DNA of 64,000 nt, from the IMG/VR virus record IMGVR_UViG_3300032241_002567, positions 79,837 through 143,836 of that record; one strand, written 5' to 3'. The stretch is from a virus. Of this stretch, positions 19,260 to 29,852 are shown piece after piece. Made by a program: the position numbers and the translations under genes. The notes below the pieces were generated by a model that worked only from the letters and a program-made list of their open reading frames with translations, made no database searches and was not told the DNA's origin. Position 1 is the stretch's first letter. Each line of letters begins with the position of its first letter.

Positions 19260-19375
19260 AATGTAATTTTTTTATTTTTATTTTATATATCCAAAATAAA
19301 AAATGTTGTTTTGATGTAAAATAATTACACAACAAATGTAATTATTTTACATATAAAATAAAAATAAATAGAAAT

Positions 19376-19660
19376 ATGAAAACAATAAATATAAGTGATG
19401 AATTACATACAAGATTAAAAGATGCTGCTGAATTTTGCGGTGTATCTATACAAACTTTAGTGACAGAAATGTTAGAAAGAGATTTTAAAAATGCAATAAC
19501 AGTTAAAGAAATTACCATTGATGATACTGGTGATTTAAAATCATATCATGATCAAATACAAAGCTATCTTAAAATTAAAAATTTAAATGAAGGAGATTTT
19601 AAACTAACATTAACTAGTGAATTATTTAAAAAACCTAAAATAAAAATATATCATAGATAA
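19376..19660 (+). CDS. Ribbon-helix-helix DNA-binding protein
   Basis: MKTINISDELHTRLKDAAEFCGVSIQTLVTEML. Confidence 0.7.
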   Translation: MKTINISDELHTRLKDAAEFCGVSIQTLVTEMLERDFKNAITVKEITIDDTGDLKSYHDQIQSYLKIKNLNEGDFKLTLTSELFKKPKIKIYHR

Positions 19661-19693
19661 AAAAAATTGCCCTATTTTATAGGGCAATTTTTT
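19661..19693. terminator. Bidirectional terminator
   Basis: aaaaaattgccctat-ttt-atagggcaatttttt. Confidence 0.75.
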
Positions 19694-20283
19694 GCTGAAT
19701 AAATAAACTTTTCATTTTTTAATATTTTTAATCCAAGTGCTTTAGCTGTTGTCATGACATCTAATATACATTCATTTTCTGCTCCACCAACTATTACAAT
19801 TTCTTCTCCTTTTATAGATTTAAATAAATCATATAATTTAATAGGAGAATGAAACCATTTATGATTATTGCCTATATAAACTATTATAGTTCCTTCAGTT
19901 GTTTTAAAATATTCGCCTCTTTGTATATTAGAACCTTTAGATTTTATTTCGTTATAAGTTTTTTCGGATAAGATATTTTTATAAAAATCGACATCAACAT
20001 CATAATTATATCTTTTTTCGATTAAATCAACTTGATTTTTAAACCTATATAAATCATTTTTATTTTCTATGTCCGGTTGTTCATCATACAAAAAATCTTT
20101 ATCAGGATTTTTTCCTTCGTGGTGATTATCAAATATTTGATAAACTTTATCAAAATCGTTACAATATTCATTAAGTTGTGCCAAATAATTATCATTAAAA
20201 TATTTTTTAAATGACTTTTGCACATCAACAATAATTAAAATTCTATCTTTAGAAAAATTCTCAAATAATTTAATATATTTCAT
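19672..20283 (-). CDS. Isochorismatase/cysteine-hydrolase-like protein with leader MKYIKLFENF
   Basis: LIIVDVQ and VGGAENECI motifs. Confidence 0.7.
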   Translation of the reverse strand: MKYIKLFENFSKDRILIIVDVQKSFKKYFNDNYLAQLNEYCNDFDKVYQIFDNHHEGKNPDKDFLYDEQPDIENKNDLYRFKNQVDLIEKRYNYDVDVDFYKNILSEKTYNEIKSKGSNIQRGEYFKTTEGTIIVYIGNNHKWFHSPIKLYDLFKSIKGEEIVIVGGAENECILDVMTTAKALGLKILKNEKFIYSAKNCPIK

Positions 20284-20313
20284 TATTTATATATTAAATA
20301 AAAATCCATTACT

Positions 20314-20697
20314 TTAAGTAATGGATTTTCCAAATTGAGCATATACCTCATAATCACTCAGTTTGAAATAAATAAACATCATATCATAAAAATTAACATT
20401 ATCTTGTGTGAAAACTACATTTAGTGTATAATTCATATTACTTAATTCTGGTATATATAATCCTATCTGGTTATTAAGTTGCGTCTCAACATACGAAGAA
20501 GAAACTGCTGTCTGATTTACTAACAATTCCAAATCTCCCCCAAAAGAAGGATCAGCCATTACATCTCCCTTATTAGTAAATAATATCATTTTATATTTTT
20601 GTAAAATAACTCTAATAACGTCATCTTCGATGACCTGATTGGCAGTATATGAAGGATCAGTTTGGTCTATTATATAGAAATCTGTGAAATTAAACAT
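20314..20697 (-). CDS. Baseplate wedge protein gp25-like
   Basis: ILFTNKGDVMADPSFGGDL gp25 motif; late promoter. Confidence 0.75.
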   Translation of the reverse strand: MFNFTDFYIIDQTDPSYTANQVIEDDVIRVILQKYKMILFTNKGDVMADPSFGGDLELLVNQTAVSSSYVETQLNNQIGLYIPELSNMNYTLNVVFTQDNVNFYDMMFIYFKLSDYEVYAQFGKSIT

Positions 20698-20857
20698 AGA
20701 TTATATATTAAATAAAAACTTCTGCTTTATAAATTAATAATTTATTATTACATAACTGGAACAAACCTATTTTGTAGTTTGCTTAAGACAAACAATTTTA
20801 ATTTTTTCACAGGTTATAATTTCCATAATTTATATTATATTAAATATATAAACTCTA

Positions 20858-21835
20858 CTACATAAAAACTTCTCTTATTCTCGATAATATCGTTATACCT
20901 AATATAATTGGATCTGTATTTGTTTCTAATAATCTAGTGTGATCGGTTATGATAGCACTAATTTTAAAAAGTTTTTCAATTAAATTAGGTTGATTTTCAA
21001 TTATGTAATCTATAAAAGGTCTGCCCAATAAAACAATCATTTCATCAACTCCTTCCGCTGTAAATGTTTCTATTATGTAATGATAAATTTCATCAAAAGT
21101 CTTATTATTACCTAACGCTATTTTATATAATTCTTCTTTTTTCTTAATATCTATATTTGGTGATGTTAAAATTTCTCCATTTCTTCTAAAATGATCTAAC
21201 GCAATAAGAGTTTGTCTGAAATCTGGAAAATTTTTATTTATGATTTTTGCCAGATCTTCTTTTGAAATTTGAAACTCTTCTGCTGGTGCAATAACTTCTT
21301 GTATTCTTATATAAAACAAAGTCTTTAATAATTTTTCTTCTATATTATCTTGGCAATCAAAATTAACTAATGAAAATCTTGATAAAATTCCTTTAGAAAC
21401 TTTATTTATATGATTTGTTACTAGAATGAATCTTACATTTTTAGCAGAATATTCTTCAATATAAGCCTTTAAAGCATCTTGATATTGTTTAGAAGTTCTT
21501 TCAAATTCGTCTAAAAAAACATATTTAATTGTGTCAGATTTAATATCAATAGACATATCTAACCCCATATATACCTTAGAACAAAAGTCGTCAATTTTAG
21601 TTCTAAGATCATCTATTGATGTATAGAATGATGAATTTAATTCTAATTTTGGTGAATTTTTTGTATATTTACCAATAAGTATTCTTGCTAATGTTGTTTT
21701 GCCTGTGCCAAAATGTCCATATAAAATAACATTATCATTTAATCCTTTTTCAAATATTTTTTTTATTCTTGGCAAAAGAACCATATCTTCTATTGTTTTA
21801 GGTCTCCATTTTTCAGATAGTAGTAGTTGTTTCAT
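20858..21835 (-). CDS. Clamp loader AAA+ subunit (T4 gp44/RFC-like)
   Basis: EKWRPKT, GHFGTGKTT, LDEFE, ILSRF, FPDFR. Confidence 0.9.
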   Translation of the reverse strand: MKQLLLSEKWRPKTIEDMVLLPRIKKIFEKGLNDNVILYGHFGTGKTTLARILIGKYTKNSPKLELNSSFYTSIDDLRTKIDDFCSKVYMGLDMSIDIKSDTIKYVFLDEFERTSKQYQDALKAYIEEYSAKNVRFILVTNHINKVSKGILSRFSLVNFDCQDNIEEKLLKTLFYIRIQEVIAPAEEFQISKEDLAKIINKNFPDFRQTLIALDHFRRNGEILTSPNIDIKKKEELYKIALGNNKTFDEIYHYIIETFTAEGVDEMIVLLGRPFIDYIIENQPNLIEKLFKISAIITDHTRLLETNTDPIILGITILSRIREVFM

Positions 21836-21890
21836 AGAAAATTTATATTTAAATCAGAAGAAGTTTAAAAAATATTATATATAATAGTAT

Positions 21891-22712
21891 ATGATTGGTG
21901 ATAAAAAAAATTATGACGATGTATTTTTAAGAAACTTAACAATAGCAGTTTTAGATACATTAGAAGGAGAAGTTTATTGGTATTATGAATTTTCAAGCGG
22001 TACGAAACAAGTTACAGTTCCATTTTATTATTCACTTACTGGTGATGAAAAATTTGTAATTGATACATTTGTTGATGATGTTGTTTCTGATAATAGACTA
22101 ACCGAATTAAATACAGATAAAATACCGAGAGGTGTTTTGACAATGACAGGCTTTGATATATTAACTGATCAAATGGATAATCCAAATGTTTGGATTAATA
22201 CTAAATTTGAAGACACAGACGAAATAAAAACTATACAAGCAAGAATACGACCTTTTCCAATTTCTGCTAAGTATGAATTAGTTATTTTTTTAAATAGCGA
22301 AAATGATTATTTTAAATGTGCTGCTTCTTTAATGGATACTATAGGTATATATCGATATATGACATTTGAATTTAATGAGTTTATAATAAATGCTGTAATA
22401 CAATTACCCGAAACTAATCAATTTGAAAATACAAGAGATAAAAGTTTCACCACAAAGAATGAAATCAAATTAACATGTACATTTGATGTTTATACATTTT
22501 ATCCAGCTTATAGGCAACCACAAAGAACAGGTATAAGAGCAATTGAAACACAAAATACTTGGTCAAACGCATATACATATGATAAATTTATAGATAATAC
22601 ACAAAATATTATTTCTCCAAAAAGGACAAAATGGTATTCAAATATTGATAGATCATCGGGAAACCCTGGTACAAGCACTAGTATAGATAGCACAAACCCA
22701 AATAGTTTATAA
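21891..22712 (+). CDS. Tail terminator / sheath stabilizer gp15-like
   Basis: VTVPFYYS, IPRG and RPFP-YEL pattern typical of T4-like gp15/gp3-family proteins; late motif. Confidence 0.55.
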   Translation: MIGDKKNYDDVFLRNLTIAVLDTLEGEVYWYYEFSSGTKQVTVPFYYSLTGDEKFVIDTFVDDVVSDNRLTELNTDKIPRGVLTMTGFDILTDQMDNPNVWINTKFEDTDEIKTIQARIRPFPISAKYELVIFLNSENDYFKCAASLMDTIGIYRYMTFEFNEFIINAVIQLPETNQFENTRDKSFTTKNEIKLTCTFDVYTFYPAYRQPQRTGIRAIETQNTWSNAYTYDKFIDNTQNIISPKRTKWYSNIDRSSGNPGTSTSIDSTNPNSL

Positions 22713-22779
22713 AAAAAACTGCAAAAACAGACTTTTGAAACGTAATATATACTTTAAACTATAAAAAATATTTTTAATT

Positions 22780-24060
22780 ATGAAGGATCTCAAATTAGAG
22801 CTTTTTAACTTTAAGAAAAACTTATCATATGATCAGAATGATGTTTTTAACATTGTGGAAAGTCACTTAAATGCTTGCAATGTGGCTTCCGAGAAGCAAA
22901 TAATTTTATCTTTGAATGAAAAGCTTAAAACATATACTTATGATTCTGATGTTAAAGGACTTTTAGAATCATTAAATAATGATATGGAGCAATATCAATT
23001 ATTATATGAATTGAAAAATTTATATAATGTTTTAAATTCTAAAAATCAAGGAGAAATGTATAGACAACCTATTAATGTTGTTTTACAAACTATAAATTTA
23101 GATTCTGATCAAGATAGAATGTCAAAAGTTCTTAATGAGCTAGCAATTTATGATTGGGTTCCTGAAATAAAATTATTTGTTCATAATTTAACTAAATCAC
23201 CAGAGCAAAAAACAAACTTATTATCTGGTGGTAAATCTGAATCAGTTTATACTCTAGTTGATAGAGTTGAAGAAGGTTATATTTGTTTAGTTAAAGACTC
23301 ATGGTTTTTACTTTCTGAAAACAATATAGAAAAAACATTATTAGAAACTCATGTTACTGATAATGATCATTTAAAGGTTTTAAGAAATTTACAAGCAGCT
23401 ATGAATTATGCAAGAGTTTGTGAAGATAGAATTAATTTTAGAATTTCTGAAAATTTAACAATAGGTTTATCAGTTGCTAAAAAAGGTGTTATATACATAA
23501 ATGATGATGAAATGAAAGAGACTACATTAGAATCTCTATTCTCATCTCCAATTATACCAATAGTAAATAAGAATTTTTATACACTTTTAGTTGAAACAGC
23601 TAATAATTTAAATAAATTTGTTGAATTAGATGTTGTTAAAAGAGTAAATAATTTAATTAATCCTTATTTAGAATGTTTTGCTTTTAATTATAAAAATGCT
23701 ACATATTTATATAGATGTGATGAAAGATATGGTAATTCATTTTTTAAATATGAATCGGCTCTTGAATTAGTAAATGAAGTAAAAAATGAATTAAATTATG
23801 ATTTAACTTTCTTTTATGAAAATAAATTAGATAAGGAAATGATTGTTAAAAGGAAACTGGAAGATAAAGAAAGAGAAATTTCTATTAAATTAGAAGATAT
23901 AGATTTTAATATTTCTAAATTAGAAGCTTCAATAAAATATATTGGCGAATCAGAAGTTTTATCAACAGCTATGAATAATTTAACTGCAAGAAAAGAAGTA
24001 TTGAATAGTGAACTTCTAGCAATTAAGGAACTACAATATAAAGAAAGAATAAAACTATAA
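22780..24060 (+). CDS. Probable structural (head-associated) coiled-coil protein
   Basis: 426 aa, late motif at 22743, own terminator, several [LV]NE/LLE sites. Confidence 0.6.
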   Translation: MKDLKLELFNFKKNLSYDQNDVFNIVESHLNACNVASEKQIILSLNEKLKTYTYDSDVKGLLESLNNDMEQYQLLYELKNLYNVLNSKNQGEMYRQPINVVLQTINLDSDQDRMSKVLNELAIYDWVPEIKLFVHNLTKSPEQKTNLLSGGKSESVYTLVDRVEEGYICLVKDSWFLLSENNIEKTLLETHVTDNDHLKVLRNLQAAMNYARVCEDRINFRISENLTIGLSVAKKGVIYINDDEMKETTLESLFSSPIIPIVNKNFYTLLVETANNLNKFVELDVVKRVNNLINPYLECFAFNYKNATYLYRCDERYGNSFFKYESALELVNEVKNELNYDLTFFYENKLDKEMIVKRKLEDKEREISIKLEDIDFNISKLEASIKYIGESEVLSTAMNNLTARKEVLNSELLAIKELQYKERIKL

Positions 24061-24078
24061 ATTTAGTTTGATAATATT

Positions 24079-24113
24079 AAAATAAAAGCTCCATATTTTG
24101 GGGCTTTTATTTT
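24079..24113 (+). terminator. Intrinsic terminator
   Basis: aaaataaaagctcca-tattt-tggggcttttatttt. Confidence 0.7.
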
Positions 24114-24134
24114 TAATATATAAAATAAAAAATT

Positions 24135-24731
24135 ATGATACATCTTAAAGATTTTAATTCTTATGAAAATATAAGTGAAAATCTAAAATATCATATAGAT
24201 AATGATTTATCTATTCTGGAAAATGTTTTTAGACCTGGTTCTGATTCATTTTTTTCTTTACTAAAAGAAGCAAGAGATTTATATGAAAATGGTTATGTTT
24301 CTTTTTCTGATTTAGATAAAGAATTATTTGAAACAACAGATATTGGTAAATTTGCTGAATTTGAAGGCAAATTAGTAGCGCTTGATTTCCCTTTCGAAAA
24401 TGATGCCATTAAGGAAGAAGTTGAAGGAATTAATGAAAAGGCTAAATCTAAAAAAAGTCATCCACAATTAAATCACCCAACTAGAAGTTCAGGTCCAAAA
24501 AAATACCAAGTCTATGTTAAAAATCCTAAAACTGGTAATATTAAGAAAATTAATTTTGGTGATTTAAAGGGTGGATTAACAACTAAAATTAATAATCCTG
24601 CTGCAAGAAAATCATTTGTAGCTAGACATAAATGTAGCACTAAAAAGGATAAAATGACGGCGGGGTTTTGGAGCTGTAGGATCCCGCGGTATAAAAATTT
24701 ATATTCAGGCTCTTACAGCGGGTTTTGGTAG
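24135..24731 (+). CDS. Conserved-type phage protein with leader and basic His/Cys C-terminal domain
   Basis: MIHLKDFNSYE leader; KKYQVYVKNPKTGNIKKINFGD...RKSFVARHKC...GFWSC. Confidence 0.7.
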   Translation: MIHLKDFNSYENISENLKYHIDNDLSILENVFRPGSDSFFSLLKEARDLYENGYVSFSDLDKELFETTDIGKFAEFEGKLVALDFPFENDAIKEEVEGINEKAKSKKSHPQLNHPTRSSGPKKYQVYVKNPKTGNIKKINFGDLKGGLTTKINNPAARKSFVARHKCSTKKDKMTAGFWSCRIPRYKNLYSGSYSGFW

Positions 24732-24754
24732 AGAAGGGAGGGTAAAACATTTAA

Positions 24755-25204
24755 TATTTTGAGATAATAAAAGATTATACATTTCAAAAAGTATATAAAT
24801 TTGAGTTAGATGATATTGATTATATCAGTATATTTGAGGGCAAAGATGATATTTGGTTTTTTGAATATAAATTATATAACGGCTCATATATGGAAGTAAA
24901 TAAAAATCCATATAAAATATTATCTTCTGTAGTAAATATTGTTAAAGACTTTATTAATAAAAACAATCCTAATGTTATTATAATGAAACCTAAACTGGCA
25001 TCAGGTGAAATTTTTATTGAAGGTGAATTAAATAAAAGAGGTAGAACATTTCTACAACTTTATAAACATTTTACAGATTTAAAATATTGCATTTTACAAA
25101 GTTCGGAATTACGACAAACCGTATTGTTTTTATATAAAAGCGATTTTAATATAAATGATTTAATAAAGTCGAATTTCGAATCCTTTTCGAGATTAAAATA
25201 TTAA
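24755..25204 (+). pseudogene. Hypothetical gene with damaged 5' end
   Basis: Frame open from 24755 without a start codon (first ATG 24890); upstream aaa cat tta ata ttt t gag looks like a frameshifted KHLIFE leader. Confidence 0.4.
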
Positions 25205-25236
25205 AATTTAATATATACTAAAAATAATTTATAAAA

Positions 25237-25626
25237 ATGAAATTAAAAAATTTTTTACAATTTAACGAAAACATGGATATGGATCATGAGATGCATCGTA
25301 ATGACGAAAATACTCATTACATGTTTTTTGAAAATCTCAGAACTATCAAAAGATTAGTTGATGAGCTATTAACCTTAGACGAAACAGAAGTAGATGAAAT
25401 ATTAGAAAGCGGACATGACTGGGCTGCTGATCATATTGCAGTTGCTAAGGTAGATATAGAACAAGTTTTTGACTTCTTAGTAAATAACACAGAAGAAGAC
25501 ATGGATTTTGAACATGAAGAAGATATGGATAATATGATGCATGAAACACCAGAAGAAACTGATATGGAAGACATGGAGGATTATTCATCAGATGGAGAAG
25601 AATACGGAGAAGATGAAGAAGAATAA
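25237..25626 (+). CDS. Acidic protein with leader MKLKNFLQFNE
   Basis: Late motif at 25209; HDWAADHI core; D/E/M-rich tail. Confidence 0.7.
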   Translation: MKLKNFLQFNENMDMDHEMHRNDENTHYMFFENLRTIKRLVDELLTLDETEVDEILESGHDWAADHIAVAKVDIEQVFDFLVNNTEEDMDFEHEEDMDNMMHETPEETDMEDMEDYSSDGEEYGEDEEE

Positions 25627-25891
25627 TTATAAATTTCCATTTGAAGAAAAAATTGAAGAAGGATTTTATATTCGCAAATTTGATTCCGAAACTGATAAAG
25701 AAAATTTTGTATGGCATCGTGATAAAGAAGATAGAATTATAAAATGCACACATGAAACTAATTGGATGTTTCAAATAGATAATGAACTACCAATAAAATT
25801 TGATAAAACTATTTTTATAGAAAAAATGGTTTGGCATCGAGTGATCAAGGGAGATGGAGATTTACAACTTAAAATAAAAAAGCTAATTTAA
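25613..25891 (+). CDS. Small cupin-like protein
   Basis: WHRDKEDR...WMFQIDNELP...WHRVIKG; ATG at 25613 overlaps upstream gene end. Confidence 0.65.
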   Translation: MKKNNYKFPFEEKIEEGFYIRKFDSETDKENFVWHRDKEDRIIKCTHETNWMFQIDNELPIKFDKTIFIEKMVWHRVIKGDGDLQLKIKKLI

Positions 25892-25910
25892 TAAATTGGC
25901 TTTTTTATTT
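25872..25910 (+). terminator. Intrinsic terminator
   Basis: aaataaaaaagctaattta-a-taaattggcttttttattt. Confidence 0.7.
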
Positions 25911-25959
25911 AAACCTCAATATAATAATTTTATATAAACCAAAAAATAATTTAGTAATA

Positions 25960-26331
25960 ATGAATTATCTCCACAACAAAGACTTATATATTGAAATTGT
26001 AGTAAGCAAAGCACAAGGAAAACTTACAAAAAATGCTAAATTAATGTTAGAGTTATTAGCCAAAAAAACTATTAAAAAAATGCGTTATTGGTCTAATGAC
26101 GACAAAATGGATTGTTATCAAGGCGGACTTTTAGATATGTTTGCTAATTGGTATAACTTCAATGAAGAAAAATCCGATGGCAACGCATTCGCATATTTCA
26201 CAGAAATATTCAAGAGAGGTCTTGCTAAATCTTTCAATGAATTATACAAAAAGAAAGGTGACCCAACACACTCAGTTAAATTGATTAGTTTAGAAGGGTC
26301 CAATGACGGACAAGGATTACACTCAATATAA
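25960..26331 (+). CDS. Late-transcription sigma factor (T4 gp55-like)
   Basis: YLHNKDL start; NFNEEKSDGNAFAYFTEI matches the gp55 NFDxxKSxNxFAYFTQI motif. Confidence 0.8.
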   Translation: MNYLHNKDLYIEIVVSKAQGKLTKNAKLMLELLAKKTIKKMRYWSNDDKMDCYQGGLLDMFANWYNFNEEKSDGNAFAYFTEIFKRGLAKSFNELYKKKGDPTHSVKLISLEGSNDGQGLHSI

Positions 26332-26380
26332 GATTAATTTTATTGCTAAAACTCTTTTTAATTTTTTCTATATATAGTAT

Positions 26381-28234
26381 ATGATAAAAGAATTAGAAGT
26401 AGTTATTAATGGACATAGGACTAATTATGACTATTATAAAAAATTGGGGTATGACATCAATTATAGAAAGCCCTGTTTAATTAAGGTAAAAGATTTATTA
26501 CCTGGAAGTGTAATAAAAATTACATGCATTTGTGATAACTGCGGCGCAGAAAACAAAAATGTTTTCAAAGATTATTATCTTTATACTGAAGGATTAACAA
26601 AAGAATATCTTTGTAATAAATGTAATAAACAAAAGGCAAAAGAAACATGTATAAAAAAATATGGTGTTGAAAATCCTATGAAATCGACTTTAATTAAAGA
26701 TAAATTGAAACAATCTTTAATTGATAAATATGGAGTAGATCATTATTCGAAAACCGAAGAATATAAATTAAAATTTAAAGAAACAAATTTAAAGAAATTT
26801 GGAACTGAAACTCCTTTACAAAATTCAGAAATAAAAGAAAAAATAAAGCAAACTAATTTAGATAGATATGGAGTGGAATATCCACAACAATCAGAAGAGA
26901 TAAGAAAAAAATCTGATGAAACTAATTTAGAAAAGTGGGGATTCAAAAAATATTCTCAAACACAGGAGTGTAAAAATAAAATTATCAAAAATCAATTTCA
27001 AAAATGGGGCACTTACTATTCCAATACTGATGAATACAAACAAAAACTCAAACAAACAAACTTAGAAAAATGGGGATTTGAATATTATTCACAAACTTCG
27101 GAATATAAGGAAAAAAATAAAAAAACTAGCTTAGAAAGGTGGGGAGTTGAGCATTACTCAAAAACCGATGAATTTAAAGATTTTGTTAAAATTAAAAGAG
27201 AATCTTTAACTAAATTAAGATATGAAAATTTGATTGGTAATGAATATAGTATAATCTCTTATGAGAATAGATTATTTTCACTTTTTCATAAAAAGTGCGA
27301 AAGAGAATCTCAAATAAACCGCGATGCTTTATATGCAAGATTAAATTTAGAAATTTGTCTATGCACGGAGTGTTATCCTATTGATATTCAACAATCTTTT
27401 ATGGAAATTGAAATGCAAGACTTTTTAAATAATTTAAATTTAACTTATGAAGTTAAAAATAAAAAAATTTTAAATGGTTTGGAATTAGATATTTATTTTC
27501 CTGAATATAATTTGGCCATTGAAATGAATGGAACCTATTGGCATTCGGAAATTTATGTTGATTCAGAGTATCATTTAAATAAAACTTTGCTTTGCAAAGA
27601 GAAGGGAATACAACTTTTGCATATCTGGGAAGATGATTGGAAATATAAAAGAAGCATAATCAAATCAATCATATTAAATAAATTAGGTTTAATTAAATCC
27701 AAAATTTTCGCAAGAAAATGCCAAATTAAACTTGTCGAATCTAAACAAGCAAGAGAGTTTTTAGACATTAACCATATTCAAGGATTTTCACCCTCACAAA
27801 TAAAATTAGGTTTATTCTATGAGAATAAACTGGTAAGTTTAATGACATTTGGTTGGCGATATACTAATGGTAAAAAAGAATATGAGTTAATAAGATTTTG
27901 TAATAAATTAAATTTAAATGTTATTGGTGCTGCTTCTAAATTATTTTCGTATTTTCTGAAGAATAATCAAATAAATGAAATTATATCTTATGCCGATATT
28001 TCATTATTTAATGGTGCTATATATAAAAAGTTAGGTTTTGAAAAGATACACTTATCAGAACCGAATTATTTTTGGGTAATAAGTGGTGTTAGAAAACACA
28101 GATTTAACTATAATAAGAAAAGATTAATAAAAGAAGGTTTTGATTCAAATAAAACTGAAGTTGAGATAATGCATGAGCGTGGTTATTATCGTGTTTTTTC
28201 TTGTGGTCAAGAAAAATGGATATATAAAATCTAA
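26381..28234 (+). CDS. Hef-like homing endonuclease: Zn ribbon, YG/WG repeats, PD-(D/E)xK nuclease, C-terminal GNAT/Mom-like domain
   Basis: CDNC..CNKC; about 8 xx(Y/W/F)GVxxxS/Q repeats; ELDIYFPEYNLAIEMNGTYWH; ARKC..HIQG..ELIRFC..GAASKL..SYAD. Confidence 0.8.
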   Translation: MIKELEVVINGHRTNYDYYKKLGYDINYRKPCLIKVKDLLPGSVIKITCICDNCGAENKNVFKDYYLYTEGLTKEYLCNKCNKQKAKETCIKKYGVENPMKSTLIKDKLKQSLIDKYGVDHYSKTEEYKLKFKETNLKKFGTETPLQNSEIKEKIKQTNLDRYGVEYPQQSEEIRKKSDETNLEKWGFKKYSQTQECKNKIIKNQFQKWGTYYSNTDEYKQKLKQTNLEKWGFEYYSQTSEYKEKNKKTSLERWGVEHYSKTDEFKDFVKIKRESLTKLRYENLIGNEYSIISYENRLFSLFHKKCERESQINRDALYARLNLEICLCTECYPIDIQQSFMEIEMQDFLNNLNLTYEVKNKKILNGLELDIYFPEYNLAIEMNGTYWHSEIYVDSEYHLNKTLLCKEKGIQLLHIWEDDWKYKRSIIKSIILNKLGLIKSKIFARKCQIKLVESKQAREFLDINHIQGFSPSQIKLGLFYENKLVSLMTFGWRYTNGKKEYELIRFCNKLNLNVIGAASKLFSYFLKNNQINEIISYADISLFNGAIYKKLGFEKIHLSEPNYFWVISGVRKHRFNYNKKRLIKEGFDSNKTEVEIMHERGYYRVFSCGQEKWIYKI

Positions 28235-28245
28235 ATATAGTAAAT

Positions 28246-28704
28246 ATGAAAACTTGGGAATTGATAAGAGATTTTGATATTAAAGACTTCAAATATGAGA
28301 AATCTGATGATAAAATTTTAATTTATCCTGGTGAAAAATATATTGAATTAATTAATAAATTTAATAATGAAGAAAATTTAAATATATCTATTGATTTTTT
28401 TACTATTTTTGTAAAGGATAATATTTTATGTGATTTTGAAAAAGGAATACATTTTATATTAAAACGATTCTTAACATATAAGTTATATAAATTGGTTATA
28501 GAAAATGAAAAATATTTGATTATAAATCAAAATATTTTTTCTTATCCTACTATGCGGGAATTACATTCTCATTATGAATGCTCTGAAAGCGAAGATATTA
28601 AAAGCATTTATACTCAAAATTTTGTATTATATTACATAGATTTAGGTGATAATCAAATAGAAATTCTTAAAAATCAATTAAATTTATTGGAAATTAATAT
28701 ATAA
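28246..28704 (+). CDS. Hypothetical protein, diverged paralog of the next gene
   Basis: Shares DFExGI...YKLYKLV with 28709..29383. Confidence 0.55.
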   Translation: MKTWELIRDFDIKDFKYEKSDDKILIYPGEKYIELINKFNNEENLNISIDFFTIFVKDNILCDFEKGIHFILKRFLTYKLYKLVIENEKYLIINQNIFSYPTMRELHSHYECSESEDIKSIYTQNFVLYYIDLGDNQIEILKNQLNLLEINI

Positions 28705-28708
28705 TTAT

Positions 28709-29383
28709 ATGAGATTTTTAAAATTATTTGAAGAATTCGCTATTAAAGAATTGCATACACTTATAGATAATAATCTATCATATATTAAAATACCTGATGC
28801 TAATAAACCAATTTCAACTTCGAATAAAAAATATAATGAAATAATTAATTTAATCAAAAATTATAATATATCTAATTTTGATTACTATAAACATGAATTT
28901 GAAGATATTGAAATAACTCCTGATAATAATTTTAAAAAATTATTATCTAATTTAAATAAATATTTATCAACGGAGGATATAATTGATGTTAATCAGAAAT
29001 TTCAATGTAGCATTACTAGTATTTTTAATAATCAATTTGACTTTGAATATGGAATTCCAAAACCTATAAGGAAATTAGGTTTAGGATACAAGTTATATAA
29101 ATTAGTATTATTTCATGAAAAATGGATTTTATCAGACTTTCGGGTAAGTAAACCTGCAAAAAAAATTTGGTATCATCTTATGCTAGATAAAGATTTATTG
29201 TGTTTTACATCAAATTATTACTCAGGTGTCATACTTAAAACTATTGATAATTCGTTAATAAAATCTATTTTAGATAAACTTAAACCTAAATATCAGGATC
29301 ATAATATAGAATATATTTTTGATGATTATTTGAAAGATAAAATCATGGAAATATATGGTGATTTATATTTTTATAAAAGATAA
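28709..29383 (+). CDS. GNAT-like protein with leader MRFLKLFEEF
   Basis: IPKPIRKLGLGYKLY acetyl-CoA-binding-like motif; S..AKKIW. Confidence 0.55.
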   Translation: MRFLKLFEEFAIKELHTLIDNNLSYIKIPDANKPISTSNKKYNEIINLIKNYNISNFDYYKHEFEDIEITPDNNFKKLLSNLNKYLSTEDIIDVNQKFQCSITSIFNNQFDFEYGIPKPIRKLGLGYKLYKLVLFHEKWILSDFRVSKPAKKIWYHLMLDKDLLCFTSNYYSGVILKTIDNSLIKSILDKLKPKYQDHNIEYIFDDYLKDKIMEIYGDLYFYKR

Positions 29384-29558
29384 ATTCTAACTTTTTTAAT
29401 AATTCCTGATTTTTTGCTATAAGTTTTAATCTTTTAACTTGATTAGAACGGTTAGTTTTATAAGGTTTAGATTTTCTTGCTTTTGCCATATTAATTTTAT
29501 ATATTTTTTAAAAATTTGTTAATTTTAAAATTTCTTCTTATTTTTATGAAAAAAATTT

Positions 29559-29852
29559 ATGAAAAAAGTTTTTTTACAATATTGGGAAGAGTCCGAAAGA
29601 GGATGGGGTGTTAGACCTGACGGATGTTCTATACATCTATCTTTAGAAGAACATAAAAAATATGTAAATTCTATTTATAATGAAAGGAAAACACACACGC
29701 AGGTTCCATATGAATATGATAGACCAGTTGGTGAGCCATTATTAATTATGATAAAGGATGACTTATATGAAAATATAAAAAATGGTTCACTAAGATTGAT
29801 GGAATACGAAATGAATAATTTAATAAAATTAGAAGAAATAATTATATTATGA
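29559..29852 (+). CDS. Conserved-type phage hypothetical protein
   Basis: WEESERGWGVRPDGCSIH; variant host-type promoter at 29515-29546. Confidence 0.65.
   Translation: MKKVFLQYWEESERGWGVRPDGCSIHLSLEEHKKYVNSIYNERKTHTQVPYEYDRPVGEPLLIMIKDDLYENIKNGSLRLMEYEMNNLIKLEEIIIL

Noticed and set aside
20730-20860. Possible TAG stop-codon reassignment (short TAG-interrupted ORF at 20826-)
   Set aside because: Long conserved genes are intact in code 11 and TAG ends real genes (clamp loader TAG TAG, 24731, 19672), so there is no sign of recoding.
29343-29489. 48-aa basic minus-strand ORF (MAKARKSKPYKTNRSNQVKRLK...)
   Set aside because: Plausible start and TATATA motif, but it overlaps the convergent gene and has no recognisable motif; left unannotated.
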